Shown piece by piece: positions 19,678 to 28,911 of a DNA stretch of 42,574 nucleotides. The notes under the pieces are model-generated. The model was not told where the DNA came from, searched no databases, and saw nothing but the letters and a program-made list of their open reading frames with translations. The stretch spans positions 1 through 42,574 of the forward strand of contig JBGSMV010000023.1 of NCBI GenBank assembly GCA_041739995.1, read 5' to 3'. The stretch's first letter is position 1. Each line of letters begins with the position of its first letter. Source of the DNA: Bdellovibrionota bacterium. Lineage in GTDB: Bacteria > Bdellovibrionota_C > UBA2361 > JBGSMV01. Position numbers and translations under genes: made by a program.

Positions 19678-21963
19678 TCATGAGAAAAATGCTTCCAGGC
19701 CCCTTGTCCAAACAAGCTCAGCATCCAGAAGACCCACACTCGCGAGTCCCTTGACCTCTATAACGTCTCCCCCAACAAGCCCCTGCCCGCTCACCGCTAC
19801 TTTCGCCTCAGCGCACCACTTTTTGACCTGACTCTCTAGTTTAGGATCGACCGAGACCAGATACCGCGCCCCAGTCTCCGCAAATAGTAATCCATGCGGG
19901 ATAGCGCCGGGTTCATGCTCGAGACTCAATGAAGCACCGATTGAGCCCTCTGAGCAAAAACAACTCTCAGCTAAGGCAATCGCGAGCCCGCCCTGTGACA
20001 GATCGTGACAGGATCGCAGAAGTCCTTCTTCGATTAATTTCACCACTAGCCGCGCAGTTCTTGCTTCAAGGTCATAGTCCAGCAACGGGAGACTGCCGCG
20101 CGCCATGCCGGTGAAGATCTCTAGGTACTCGCTTCCTCCGAGCTCTTGCGCATTGGTCTTACCAAGGAGAAGCACTTTATCTCCGTGCTTCTTAAAATGG
20201 CTCCCTATCGCTTTGGTGGCATCATCCATAAGCCCGACAAGCGCAATCTGTGGAGTAGGAAGAATAGCCTTACCGCGAGTTTCATTATTTAGGCTTACGT
20301 TGCCGCTCACCACAGGAATCTCATAAGCACGCGCCGCATCGCCGATGCCACGAATGCTCTCCGCAATCTGCCACATATTGTCCGGACGCTGCGGACTACC
20401 GAAGTTTAAGCAGTCAGAAATACCGATTGGCACCGCACCGACTGCGCTTATGTTTCTCACCGCTTCAGTGACTGCGAGCGCCGCACCCACGCGCGGATCC
20501 AGGAAGCAAAAACGCGAGTTACAGTCTAGCGTCATCGCTAAGCCTTTTTCAGGAACATGCGCGCCTTTTCCTGCACCGCGCTTCACTCGAATCACGGCCG
20601 CATCTCCGCCAGGATGTACCACCGTGTTGGTTCTCACGGTTGAGTCATACTGTTGAAATACCGGTGCGCGTGAGCACAGATTCTCGTGCCCGAGCATACG
20701 CAGCCACGCTTGCGACAGGTCTGACGGGGGCTCAAATGAATGCACGTCGAAGTCAAGGCGTTGCTGATAGTCGGCAGGTTTCGCTTCAGGCCAACGGTAT
20801 TGAGGCGCGGCGCGGGTGAGCGAGGCGGGCGAGAGCGAGGACACGTTTTCGCCATGCCAGAAAAGATCCACCTGCTTTGAATCAGTGACTTCGCCAATCG
20901 CCACAGCATCGAGGCCCCAGCGCTTAAAGATTTCCGCAACCTCGTCTTCTCGACCACGCTCGACTACCAGCAGCATTCTTTCCTGAGACTCAGAGAGCAT
21001 GATTTCGTAAGGGTTCATCTCGGATTCGCGCTGAGGAACACGGTCTAGATGAATAGTAAGGCCAACCTCCCCTCGGTCGGCAATTTCATAGGAAGATGAT
21101 GTCATTCCGGCCGCGCCCATGTCTTGGATTCCAAGAATCACTCCGCGCTCCATCACTTCAAGACAGGCTTCGATTAAGAGCTTTTCTTGAAACGGATCTC
21201 CTACCTGCACCGTAGGTCGTTTTTCTTCTGAACCCTCGTCGAAAGCTTCAGACGACATGGTGGCGCCGTGAATGCCATCACGCCCGGTCTTAGATCCGGC
21301 GTACATGACTATATTTCCTGGTCCGCTGGCGCGTCCGAGGAATATCTTATCGCTATCCGCCACTCCAAGCGCGAACGCATTCACCAGACAGTTCCCGTCG
21401 TACGCCTCGTCGAAGAACAGTTCTCCACCAACCGTAGGAACGCCCACGCAGTTTCCGTAGTGTCCGATGCCGGCCACTGCGTTTCTAAGCAAGTACGGGA
21501 CTCGAGAATTCCCCTCGTCGCTCTTTTCTGCTTGCGCGCTCACGCTCTTTGAGATGTCACCAAAGCGCAGCGCATTCATAAGGGCGAGTGGCCGGGCACC
21601 CATGGTAAAAACGTCGCGTAAGATTCCACCGACTCCTGTCGCGGCACCCTGAAACGGCTCAATGAAACTGGGATGGTTGTGACTTTCGATTTTGAACACG
21701 GCGACTTGGCCGTCTCCAATATCGACTACTCCCGCATTTTCTCCTGGCCCATGCACTACTCGCGGGCCGTCAGAAGGGAGATTTCTTAGATGCACTCTGG
21801 TACTTTTGTAAGAGCAGTGTTCCGAATAGAGCGCCGCAAAGATTCCGACCTCAAGCACTGAGACTTCTCGTCCAACCAGAGCACGAATGTCCGCAAATTC
21901 CTTTTCGGTGAGCCCGGCACGAATCGCGTCATCCACCGATGCGGTTTCTCTCCAATCTGTCAT
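19678..21963 (-). CDS. purL: Phosphoribosylformylglycinamidine synthase subunit PurL (small type)
   Basis: 'SEHCSYKS', '[27 protein letters not shown]', 'IQDMGAAG', 'MLSESQERM', 'DCLNFGSP', 'HDLSQGG'; 761 aa. Confidence 0.98.
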   Translation of the reverse strand: MTDWRETASVDDAIRAGLTEKEFADIRALVGREVSVLEVGIFAALYSEHCSYKSTRVHLRNLPSDGPRVVHGPGENAGVVDIGDGQVAVFKIESHNHPSFIEPFQGAATGVGGILRDVFTMGARPLALMNALRFGDISKSVSAQAEKSDEGNSRVPYLLRNAVAGIGHYGNCVGVPTVGGELFFDEAYDGNCLVNAFALGVADSDKIFLGRASGPGNIVMYAGSKTGRDGIHGATMSSEAFDEGSEEKRPTVQVGDPFQEKLLIEACLEVMERGVILGIQDMGAAGMTSSSYEIADRGEVGLTIHLDRVPQRESEMNPYEIMLSESQERMLLVVERGREDEVAEIFKRWGLDAVAIGEVTDSKQVDLFWHGENVSSLSPASLTRAAPQYRWPEAKPADYQQRLDFDVHSFEPPSDLSQAWLRMLGHENLCSRAPVFQQYDSTVRTNTVVHPGGDAAVIRVKRGAGKGAHVPEKGLAMTLDCNSRFCFLDPRVGAALAVTEAVRNISAVGAVPIGISDCLNFGSPQRPDNMWQIAESIRGIGDAARAYEIPVVSGNVSLNNETRGKAILPTPQIALVGLMDDATKAIGSHFKKHGDKVLLLGKTNAQELGGSEYLEIFTGMARGSLPLLDYDLEARTARLVVKLIEEGLLRSCHDLSQGGLAIALAESCFCSEGSIGASLSLEHEPGAIPHGLLFAETGARYLVSVDPKLESQVKKWCAEAKVAVSGQGLVGGDVIEVKGLASVGLLDAELVWTRGLEAFFS

Positions 21964-22084
21964 CTTGATACTTTCCTTTCGGTAACCGTTTCCGGCACAG
22001 CTAGGCGTTTTCGGTTCGTCTCACCCCCTGGCAAGCAAAGCTCAACGAGCCCCAGCACCAAAGCGGGTAAAAACGCCCCCTTAC

Positions 22085-22123
22085 GTACCAGTCCCTCTAG
22101 GTACCAGTCCCTCTAGGTACCAG
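22085..22123. repeat. 16-bp tandem repeat x2.4 (GTACCAGTCCCTCTAG)
   Basis: Exact tandem copies in the purL/prkA divergent intergenic region. Confidence 0.9.
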
Positions 22124-23174
22124 GGAGGCGCAGGATTAAGCCAGAAATACCCGTTTGGAGCGCTCCAGAATATACGTTCTACCCATTTTTCCTAATGCTT
22201 TTAAATAGTAGTCAGCTAAGAGCAAAGACTGTCAAAAATCTACTGGAATTTGCCGCCACAATCCCCTAGGCTCGGGCAAATTCTATCGTATTTACAGGGA
22301 CATAACTAGTTTTGCTATTCGCGGCTTGGGCTTTCGCATGAAAGGCGCGCGCGGCAGAAGCCCTCAGTCAGATTTGGTCGACATTCGGCCCCCAGGATAA
22401 CATCGGAGATAGCTCGCATGAAATCTTCATCACATACTTGGCAACCAGGCGCTAGCAATCGTCGCGGATCGGTAGAAGATCGAGTTTTCCCCTTTTGTCT
22501 CCTACCCGCTCATTACTTCGATCGAGCGCTGTCAAGTTCGACCACGCGGGCGAGTTCGATCACACGAACTGTTTTGCAAGACCCACGATCTCCGTCTACT
22601 TCCTTTGGTGCCACGGCTGAGCAGTCAACACACGCAGCAGTCGGTGGCCAAGCGAACGTAGCGGCTCTTAGCGTACATAGATGGAATGCATAGCGCCTCT
22701 TCGAGGCCGCTTGCGTCCGCGCTATCTAATTCTCTAACCTCCACACCCCGGCTCCCGCAGACCGACGAAACAACCGCAGTTTGAGAGGGAGCCCTCCATC
22801 AAGCGCAAACTGAACGTTGTTTGTGAAGCGTTCAGTCCTCGCACCATGCCGCACGCGCGCTCCCCGCCACGATACCGGCCACGACACAGCGCGCACCGCG
22901 CTGTGTGATTCAAAGTTCACTTTTTTCTGACCCCGGTGCGAATTACAAACCTTCTCGCCACCTTTCTGCCACCTTTCTGGGGCACACTCTCATCCTACTT
23001 CTGAGGGATGGTGCGTGGTGAACGCATGTTGCTCCATACCTAACGGGTCACGCGAACAGCGTTGTTCCCGTTTGCTCGTTGCTGGTCCTGCGGTCGGAAG
23101 CTAAAGTACTTACAAGGAGTTGGTGACGTACCAATAGTTGGTAGCGCACTGGCTCACTGTTCTGGGGGATTGAT

Positions 23175-25103
23175 ATGTCCGAAGATCTCAAGCGCATCAT
23201 TGTCGAAGATCGCGAGACCCGAGTTAAGTCCATGTGGAAAGGGACTTGTCTCGAGTACCTCGAGCTGGCCCGAACCCAGCCTGACACCACAAAGCTTGCA
23301 CACAAGCGTCTCTACGACATGATGGTCTCTCCCGGAGTGGAAGAGCTTGACCTCGAAGAGAGCCCTCGCCTACAGCGTATCTTCAAAGGTCAACGAGTGC
23401 GCGTCTTCAATTTCTTCTGTGAGCAGTTCTATGGAATGGAGAAGACGCTCAATCAGATCGTGAGATACTTTCACTCCGCATCACTACGCGGAGAAGAAAG
23501 TCGTCAGGTACTCTATCTTGTTGGTCCCGTGGGTTCAGGAAAAAGCAGCCTTGTTGAGCGCCTCAAACAAGGCCTCGAAAGCGTTCCTCCCTTTCACGCC
23601 ATTGAAGATTGTCCGATGCATGAAGAGCCTCTGCATCTCATTCCGCGCCATCTGAGAAAAGAATTCACCAAGATGCTTGGCGTAGAGATCGAAGGGGATC
23701 TTTGCCCAGTATGTCGGCATCGTCTCAAGGAAGATTTCCAGGGACGTTGGGAAGAATTCCCCGTTCGCACTTACGATTTTAGCGTACGCGCCAAGCGCGG
23801 TATCGGCGTAGTTCCCCCCGTGGACCCGAACAATCAAGACACCAGCGTTTTGATTGGTGGCGAGGATATTTCTAAGCTCGATCTTTACTCCGAAGGAGAT
23901 CCGCGCGTGCTCGATCTCAGCGGCGCTCTCAACAAGGGGAACCGCGGCATGGTTGAGTTCATTGAAGTATTCAAGAACGAGACTGAATACCTACACGCGA
24001 TGATTACCGCGACACAGGAAAAGCACATTCCCGCACCAGGTCGACACGGCATGATCTATGTCGATACGTGCATTGTGGCGCACTCTAATGAAGCTGAGTG
24101 GAAGCGCTTTAAGAGCGACCACACCAACGAAGCGATTCTTGATCGTATCGTAACGGTTAAAGTCCCTTACAATATGCGCCTCAGTGAGGAAGTGAAGATC
24201 TATAAGAAGATCATTCGACAATCTCACTTCACCGCTGATATCGCTCCGCACACCATTGAAGTGGCTTCGATGTTCGCAATCTTGTCTCGTCTCGAGCCCA
24301 CCAATAAGTGCGACCTGGTCACCAAGCTCAAGCTCTATAACGGCGAAGAAGTTGTCGAAAAGGGTAAGACCAAGAAGATCGACGTTACTGAGCTGCGCGA
24401 GGAAGCCAAGAACGAAGGCATGACCGGCATTTCAACGCGCTTCATCATGAAGGCACTAGACAATGCGCTCTCTGACAACATCGAGCAAAACTGTATTCAC
24501 CCGATTTCGGTACGAGAAGCCCTCGTAAACATGGTCAAGGAAGCTGATTTTGCTGAGGACGTGAAGAAGCACTATCTCGAATTCCTGCAAGACACTCTGC
24601 ATAAAGAATACCTTGATATTCTGGAAAAAGAGATCACCAAGGCTTTCGTGTACTCCTACAAGGAACAAGCGGAAAGCCTGTTCCAGAATTACTTGGATCA
24701 CGCCGAGGCCTACGTCACCAAGCGTCGCATGAAGGATCGCAACACTGGTGAAGAGCTCGAAGCAGACGAAGGCTTTATGAAGTCGATCGAAGAGCAAATA
24801 GCCATCGTAGGGACTGCCTGTGACGGATTTAGACAAGAAGTCATTGCCTTCCTTTGGGCATCTTCGCGCCGCGGCGAAAAGATCACCTACGAGAGCTATG
24901 AACCACTCAAAGAGGCGATCGAGAAGAAGCTCATGGCGAGCGTACGCGATGTCTCAAGAATCATCACCAAGGCTCGTACTCGTGATGAAGAACAAGGCAA
25001 GCGCTACGACAGAATGGTCGAGCAGCTCATTAAAAACGGATACCCGCCAAGCTGTGTTGATACGATATTGAAGTACGCGGCAAACAATCTCTGGAAAGAC
25101 TAG
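23175..25103 (+). CDS. prkA: PrkA/YeaG family serine protein kinase (AAA+)
   Basis: 'GEESRQVLYLVGPVGSGKSSL', 'CPMHEEPLHLIP', 'LDLYSEGDPR', 'GALNKGNRGMVEFIEVFK', 'AHSNEAEW', 'NEAILDRI', 'EGMTGISTRF'. Confidence 0.96.
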   Translation: MSEDLKRIIVEDRETRVKSMWKGTCLEYLELARTQPDTTKLAHKRLYDMMVSPGVEELDLEESPRLQRIFKGQRVRVFNFFCEQFYGMEKTLNQIVRYFHSASLRGEESRQVLYLVGPVGSGKSSLVERLKQGLESVPPFHAIEDCPMHEEPLHLIPRHLRKEFTKMLGVEIEGDLCPVCRHRLKEDFQGRWEEFPVRTYDFSVRAKRGIGVVPPVDPNNQDTSVLIGGEDISKLDLYSEGDPRVLDLSGALNKGNRGMVEFIEVFKNETEYLHAMITATQEKHIPAPGRHGMIYVDTCIVAHSNEAEWKRFKSDHTNEAILDRIVTVKVPYNMRLSEEVKIYKKIIRQSHFTADIAPHTIEVASMFAILSRLEPTNKCDLVTKLKLYNGEEVVEKGKTKKIDVTELREEAKNEGMTGISTRFIMKALDNALSDNIEQNCIHPISVREALVNMVKEADFAEDVKKHYLEFLQDTLHKEYLDILEKEITKAFVYSYKEQAESLFQNYLDHAEAYVTKRRMKDRNTGEELEADEGFMKSIEEQIAIVGTACDGFRQEVIAFLWASSRRGEKITYESYEPLKEAIEKKLMASVRDVSRIITKARTRDEEQGKRYDRMVEQLIKNGYPPSCVDTILKYAANNLWKD

Positions 25104-25186
25104 CGCCTGAGCTTTGGCGCGCATGCGCCATAGTTCACTTGCAGCCTTTTCCAACGATCGTATGGGCGGTTTTGTAGATACACTTC

Positions 25187-26422
25187 ATGTCGACAATATT
25201 TCGTGAATATACCCCTAGCTCACAGCGTTCCGACCGAAGCGCACGAGATCGCTTGCGTCATCGACAGAAGATCAAAAACACCATTCGCGAGAATATCGCC
25301 GACATTATCTCTGAGGAATCAATCATTGGGCGCGACCGAGACAAGATAATAAAAATCCCGATTCGATCGATCAAGGAATATCGCTTTATTTACGGCGACA
25401 ATTCTCCTGGTGTTGGGCAAGGCGACGGCTCCCAAAAGCCCGGGGACGTGGTCGGACAGTCTCAAGATCAAGAAGGCCAGGGACAAGGTCAAGGCGGCGG
25501 AAATCAACCCGGCATGGATGCCTTTGAAACAGACGTCACCCTCGAAGAGCTAATCGCTATCATGTTCGACGATCTCGAACTCCCGGAGTTGGAGAAGCGC
25601 GCTCTAAAACAGGTCATCTCTGACGACGCGAGAAAAAGAAAGGGTCACCGCTTAAAGGGCATTCGCCCACGCCTCGACAAAAAGGCAACGGCGAAAAACC
25701 GTATCAAGCGCAAACTCGCAGTGCGAGGATCTCGTGGAGTTGACTTTGAGGATGGAGATAAGCGTTTTCCGTTCCACGAAGACGACATGCGCTTCTACCA
25801 TATTGTTCCCACCACTAAGGAAACTTCCAACGCGGTAATCTTCTGCATCATGGACACCTCAGGGTCTATGGGTACGGTAAAGAAGTACTTGGCGCGCAGC
25901 TTTTACTTTCTGCTCTACCAGTTCGTCCGTCAGAAATATCAGAATGTTGAAGTAGTGTTCATCGCGCACCACACAGAAGCCAAGGAAGTGACTGAGCAAG
26001 AGTTCTTCTCCAAGGTAGAGTCCGGCGGCACCTATATCTCGTCAGGATACCGCAAGGCTTTGGACGTGATTGAGAGCCGTTATCACCCGTCGCTCTGGAA
26101 CGTGTATGCCTTTCATTGCTCTGATGGAGATAATTTCTACTCTGATAATGAGCGTGCGGTGCAAGCTGCTAAGGAACTATGCGGCGTGTGCAATTTGTTC
26201 GGTTATGGTGAAATTAAGCCATCAGGCAGCGCGTATTACAGTGGAAGCATGCTCGAGGTATTTTCTCAGGTTGAGGCTGATAACTTTCAGATGGTAACCA
26301 TCGAGAAGAAAGAAGACCTCTGGCCGGCTTTCAAGAGCTTCTTAAGCAAGGATCGCTCCCAAACTCTTGCTCCTTCTGCCGGTAAGACCACCGCAGAGGG
26401 TGCGACTTCAGTAACTCCATGA
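25187..26422 (+). CDS. yeaH: YeaH/YhbH (DUF444) family vWA-like protein
   Basis: 'DRLRHRQKIK', 'SNAVIFCIMDTSGSMG', 'FIAHHTEAKEV', 'ESGGTYISS', 'WNVYAFHCSDGDN'; lies between prkA and spoVR. Confidence 0.93.
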   Translation: MSTIFREYTPSSQRSDRSARDRLRHRQKIKNTIRENIADIISEESIIGRDRDKIIKIPIRSIKEYRFIYGDNSPGVGQGDGSQKPGDVVGQSQDQEGQGQGQGGGNQPGMDAFETDVTLEELIAIMFDDLELPELEKRALKQVISDDARKRKGHRLKGIRPRLDKKATAKNRIKRKLAVRGSRGVDFEDGDKRFPFHEDDMRFYHIVPTTKETSNAVIFCIMDTSGSMGTVKKYLARSFYFLLYQFVRQKYQNVEVVFIAHHTEAKEVTEQEFFSKVESGGTYISSGYRKALDVIESRYHPSLWNVYAFHCSDGDNFYSDNERAVQAAKELCGVCNLFGYGEIKPSGSAYYSGSMLEVFSQVEADNFQMVTIEKKEDLWPAFKSFLSKDRSQTLAPSAGKTTAEGATSVTP

Positions 26423-26435
26423 TGATGATGGACAC

Positions 26436-27893
26436 ATGAGTATTAGCCCCGAAGAACTCCTAGCCTGGGATTCGAAGATCAAAGAGTTAGTCGATAGGTA
26501 CGGGCTACGCTGCTACCCGCAAGAATTCGAAATCTGTGACCACAATGAGATGCTTGGCTACATGGCGTATTCAGGCATGCCGTCGCGCTACGCCCACTGG
26601 TCTTACGGAAAAAGCTTTGAACGCCAAAAGACGCTCTATGACTACGGCGTGTCTGGCCTGCCCTACGAAATGGTGATCAACACCGACCCGTGTATTGCGT
26701 ACCTAATGCGCGACAATACCGCCTTACTACAAATCCTCACCATTGCTCACGTGTATGGCCACAATGACTTTTTCTGCAATAACTTCACCTTTACTTCCGG
26801 CACAGAAGCCCGCTTCGTACTGGACCGCTTCAAAAACAACAGTCATCGCGTTCAGAGCTACATTGAAGATCCCTCAATCGGCATCGAAAAAGTTGAAGAG
26901 GTGCTCGATCACGCGCACTCGCTCTCGCTTCAGCGCTCGCGCAATCTTGCCATAAAAAAACTTGCGCCTGAGCAACAGCGCATACTGCACTGGGAGCGCG
27001 CCCAGCCGCCCGAAGATCCATGGCGCACAATACATCAAGCACAGGAGTACATTACCCCTGACCTCTCCAAAGTACCGCTTGAGCCAGACGAGGACATTCT
27101 TCTGTTCATTGCGGCGCACAACCCGTATCTGCCCGAATGGAAACGTGACCTGTTGCGCATTGTGGACGGCGAAGCGCAGTACTTCATGCCGCAGATTGAA
27201 ACCAAGATAATGAACGAGGGCTGGGCCAGTTATTGGCACTACAAGCTCCTTAATGCACTGCACCTTGAGCACGGACTCCATATCGAATTTCTGGTGCGGC
27301 ATAATCAGGTATTACGCCCACATCCCGGCGGACTGAACCCTTATCATCTTGGCTTTGTGCTTTGGAATGACATTGAACGCCGCTGGAACAATGGCGATAC
27401 GGGAAGAGTCTTTTCAGACGACAAACCCAAGGTCTCCGTCGAAGACATGCCAGAGAACGACAGCCCCGGACGACGAAAAATTTTTGAGGTACGAGAGAGC
27501 GACCGCGATTCTTCCTTCTTACGTAGATTTCTTTCAGTAGATATCATGCGCGACCTCGAGCTCTTTCAGCACGAAAAGCGCGGCAAAGATCGCGTCGTCA
27601 CCAAGGTTTCAGACGATGAGAGCTGGCAAGAAGTTAAAGAAAACCTCATTAGGAGTGTCGGGTCTTCCTCAATTCCTGTGATTAAGATTGAAGACGCAGA
27701 CTTCGGAAAGCAAAGGACCCTTTACCTTAAGCACTATCACGAAGGACGCGACCTGCAGCTTGAGTATGCCGAGCATACTCTGCGACACATTGGAGCACTG
27801 TGGGAACGCGAAGTAGTCCTTGAGACTACCTTGAGCGGGAAGCGCTCGCTTCTGAAGATGGACGGCGATCAGATGAAAGTGGATCGCCTCTGA
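26436..27893 (+). CDS. spoVR: SpoVR/YcgB family protein
   Basis: 'GMPSRYAHWSYGKSF', 'YEMVINTDPCIAYLM', 'AHVYGHNDFF', 'YFMPQIETKIMNEGWASYWH', 'NPYHLG'. Confidence 0.96.
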   Translation: MSISPEELLAWDSKIKELVDRYGLRCYPQEFEICDHNEMLGYMAYSGMPSRYAHWSYGKSFERQKTLYDYGVSGLPYEMVINTDPCIAYLMRDNTALLQILTIAHVYGHNDFFCNNFTFTSGTEARFVLDRFKNNSHRVQSYIEDPSIGIEKVEEVLDHAHSLSLQRSRNLAIKKLAPEQQRILHWERAQPPEDPWRTIHQAQEYITPDLSKVPLEPDEDILLFIAAHNPYLPEWKRDLLRIVDGEAQYFMPQIETKIMNEGWASYWHYKLLNALHLEHGLHIEFLVRHNQVLRPHPGGLNPYHLGFVLWNDIERRWNNGDTGRVFSDDKPKVSVEDMPENDSPGRRKIFEVRESDRDSSFLRRFLSVDIMRDLELFQHEKRGKDRVVTKVSDDESWQEVKENLIRSVGSSSIPVIKIEDADFGKQRTLYLKHYHEGRDLQLEYAEHTLRHIGALWEREVVLETTLSGKRSLLKMDGDQMKVDRL

Positions 27894-28074
27894 TACCGGT
27901 CCTTTGTCCCTGGCTTCTGGATTTTTGGTCCAAAACAACTCCCCCAGACGTAGCTAGAGGCCCTGCGGTTGTGTCACGCTCCAATAGGCTTGATATTCCA
28001 CTGTATCTGTGACACTTTTCACCGACCACTCTACGATACAGTTGTCGATCGCAATTTGTCTGAATGGAGGCTCC

Positions 28075-28344
28075 ATGAAATTTAAAGTAATCCTTATTGC
28101 ACTTCTTCTTAGCTACGGTGCCGTTTCGCCACGTTCTGCTGTTGCGATTAATTGCAACGTCGCTCCGCCTGAATGTGCCTATCAGTGCGACCAAGTAAAT
28201 AGTCTGTATCAGGGCGTAGTTGCTGCCTGCGGATTTTGCTGGGCCTGCAATTTTTACTGGACTCAGTCTTGGCTTTGCGCCCGGTATACCGCTGCCTACA
28301 ACAACGCTTCTGATGATTTCATGCAGTGCCTCGCTGACCTTTAA
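28075..28344 (+). CDS. Small secreted cysteine-rich protein (89 aa, 8 Cys)
   Basis: GGAGG 4 nt before ATG; Sec-type signal MKFKVILIALLLSYGAVSPRSAVA|; 65 aa mature part with 8 Cys. Confidence 0.8.
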   Translation: MKFKVILIALLLSYGAVSPRSAVAINCNVAPPECAYQCDQVNSLYQGVVAACGFCWACNFYWTQSWLCARYTAAYNNASDDFMQCLADL

Positions 28345-28385
28345 GGCTTAGGTTTCCCAGTCCCAAAACAGCTTTTAGCAACCTC

Positions 28386-28431
28386 CAGGACACCGGGACG
28401 ATGAAGTCGGCTTAATCGTCCCGGCGTTCTG
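28386..28431. repeat. Long imperfect hairpin (terminator- or REP-like)
   Basis: CAGGACACCGGGACGATGAAG-TCGG-CTTAATCGTCCCGGCGTTCTG: 21-bp arms with 3 non-Watson-Crick positions, ~40 bp after the Cys-rich gene; no U-tract. Confidence 0.6.
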
Positions 28432-28505
28432 TACCGTCGTCGTCGGTCCATACCTTCTTTCTTGGGCGTTTCGTCGTTGGTCCACACCAACTCCCTCGGA
28501 AACTT

Positions 28506-28724
28506 GTGATTAAGATCGAAGACGCAGACTTCGGAAAAAAGCAAAGGACGCTTTACCTTAAGCACTATCACGAAGGACGCGAGCTGCAGCTTGAGTATGC
28601 CGAGCGTACTCTGCGACACATTGGAGCGCTGTGGGAACGCGAAGTAGTCCTTGAGTCTACCTTGAGCGGGAAGCGTTCGCTTCTGAAGATGGATGGCGAT
28701 CAAATGAAAGTGGATCGCATCTAG
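28506..28724 (+). pseudogene. Duplicated 3' fragment of spoVR (last ~71 codons)
   Basis: 28505-28722 aligns to 27677-27891 with 10 substitutions and one 3-bp insertion; frame intact; has its own TAG stop. Confidence 0.9.
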
Positions 28725-28792
28725 TAGTTGCAAATTGCATGGCCTAATTTATTCACGACGCTGTTGCGGTAATTTATTTTCACCTTTATTTT

Positions 28793-28901
28793 CACCACTG
28801 AGGGCTCAGAGGTTCACAGAGGTAAGAACTTAGTCCCCTTTTTGTGGTCTTTGTGTTGAAAAGGCTGATTGTTCCACCACAAAGACCACTAAGAACACTA
28901 A
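28793..28901. repeat. REP-like cluster of 9-mer-periodic repeats (ACCACnAAG type)
   Basis: CACCACTGAG-GGCTCAGAG-GTTCACAGAG, then the inverted pair GTGGTCTTTGTG (28844-28855) / CACAAAGACCAC (28878-28889), continuing TAAG-AACACTAA; between convergent genes. Confidence 0.7.
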
Positions 28902-28911
28902 CGATATATCC

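Larger units (their letters stand above)
27925..28500 (+). repeat. 24-bp imperfect direct repeats (27925-27948 and 28477-28500) bounding the insert
   Basis: TTGGTCCAAAACAACTCCCCCAGA vs TTGGTCCACACCAACTCCCTCGGA: 20/24 identical by manual alignment. Confidence 0.6.

Noticed and set aside
22085..22123. CRISPR array from the repeated 16-mer (or from the 9-mer clusters)
   Set aside because: Copies are directly adjacent with no unique spacers; no cas genes.
22418..22693. 91 aa ORF as a confident gene
   Set aside because: S/T/R-rich with no recognisable motif; only weak RBS support. Mentioned in findings only.
22700..23174. Sigma-54 promoter for prkA, as for E. coli yeaGH
   Set aside because: No convincing TGGCAC-N5-TTGC with correct GG-N10-GC spacing found by eye.
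27677..28724. Diversity-generating retroelement TR/VR pair
   Set aside because: Mismatches (T/C, C/G, C/G, A/G, A/G, A/T, C/T, C/T, G/A, C/A) are not confined to adenines on either strand, and there is no reverse transcriptase in the window.
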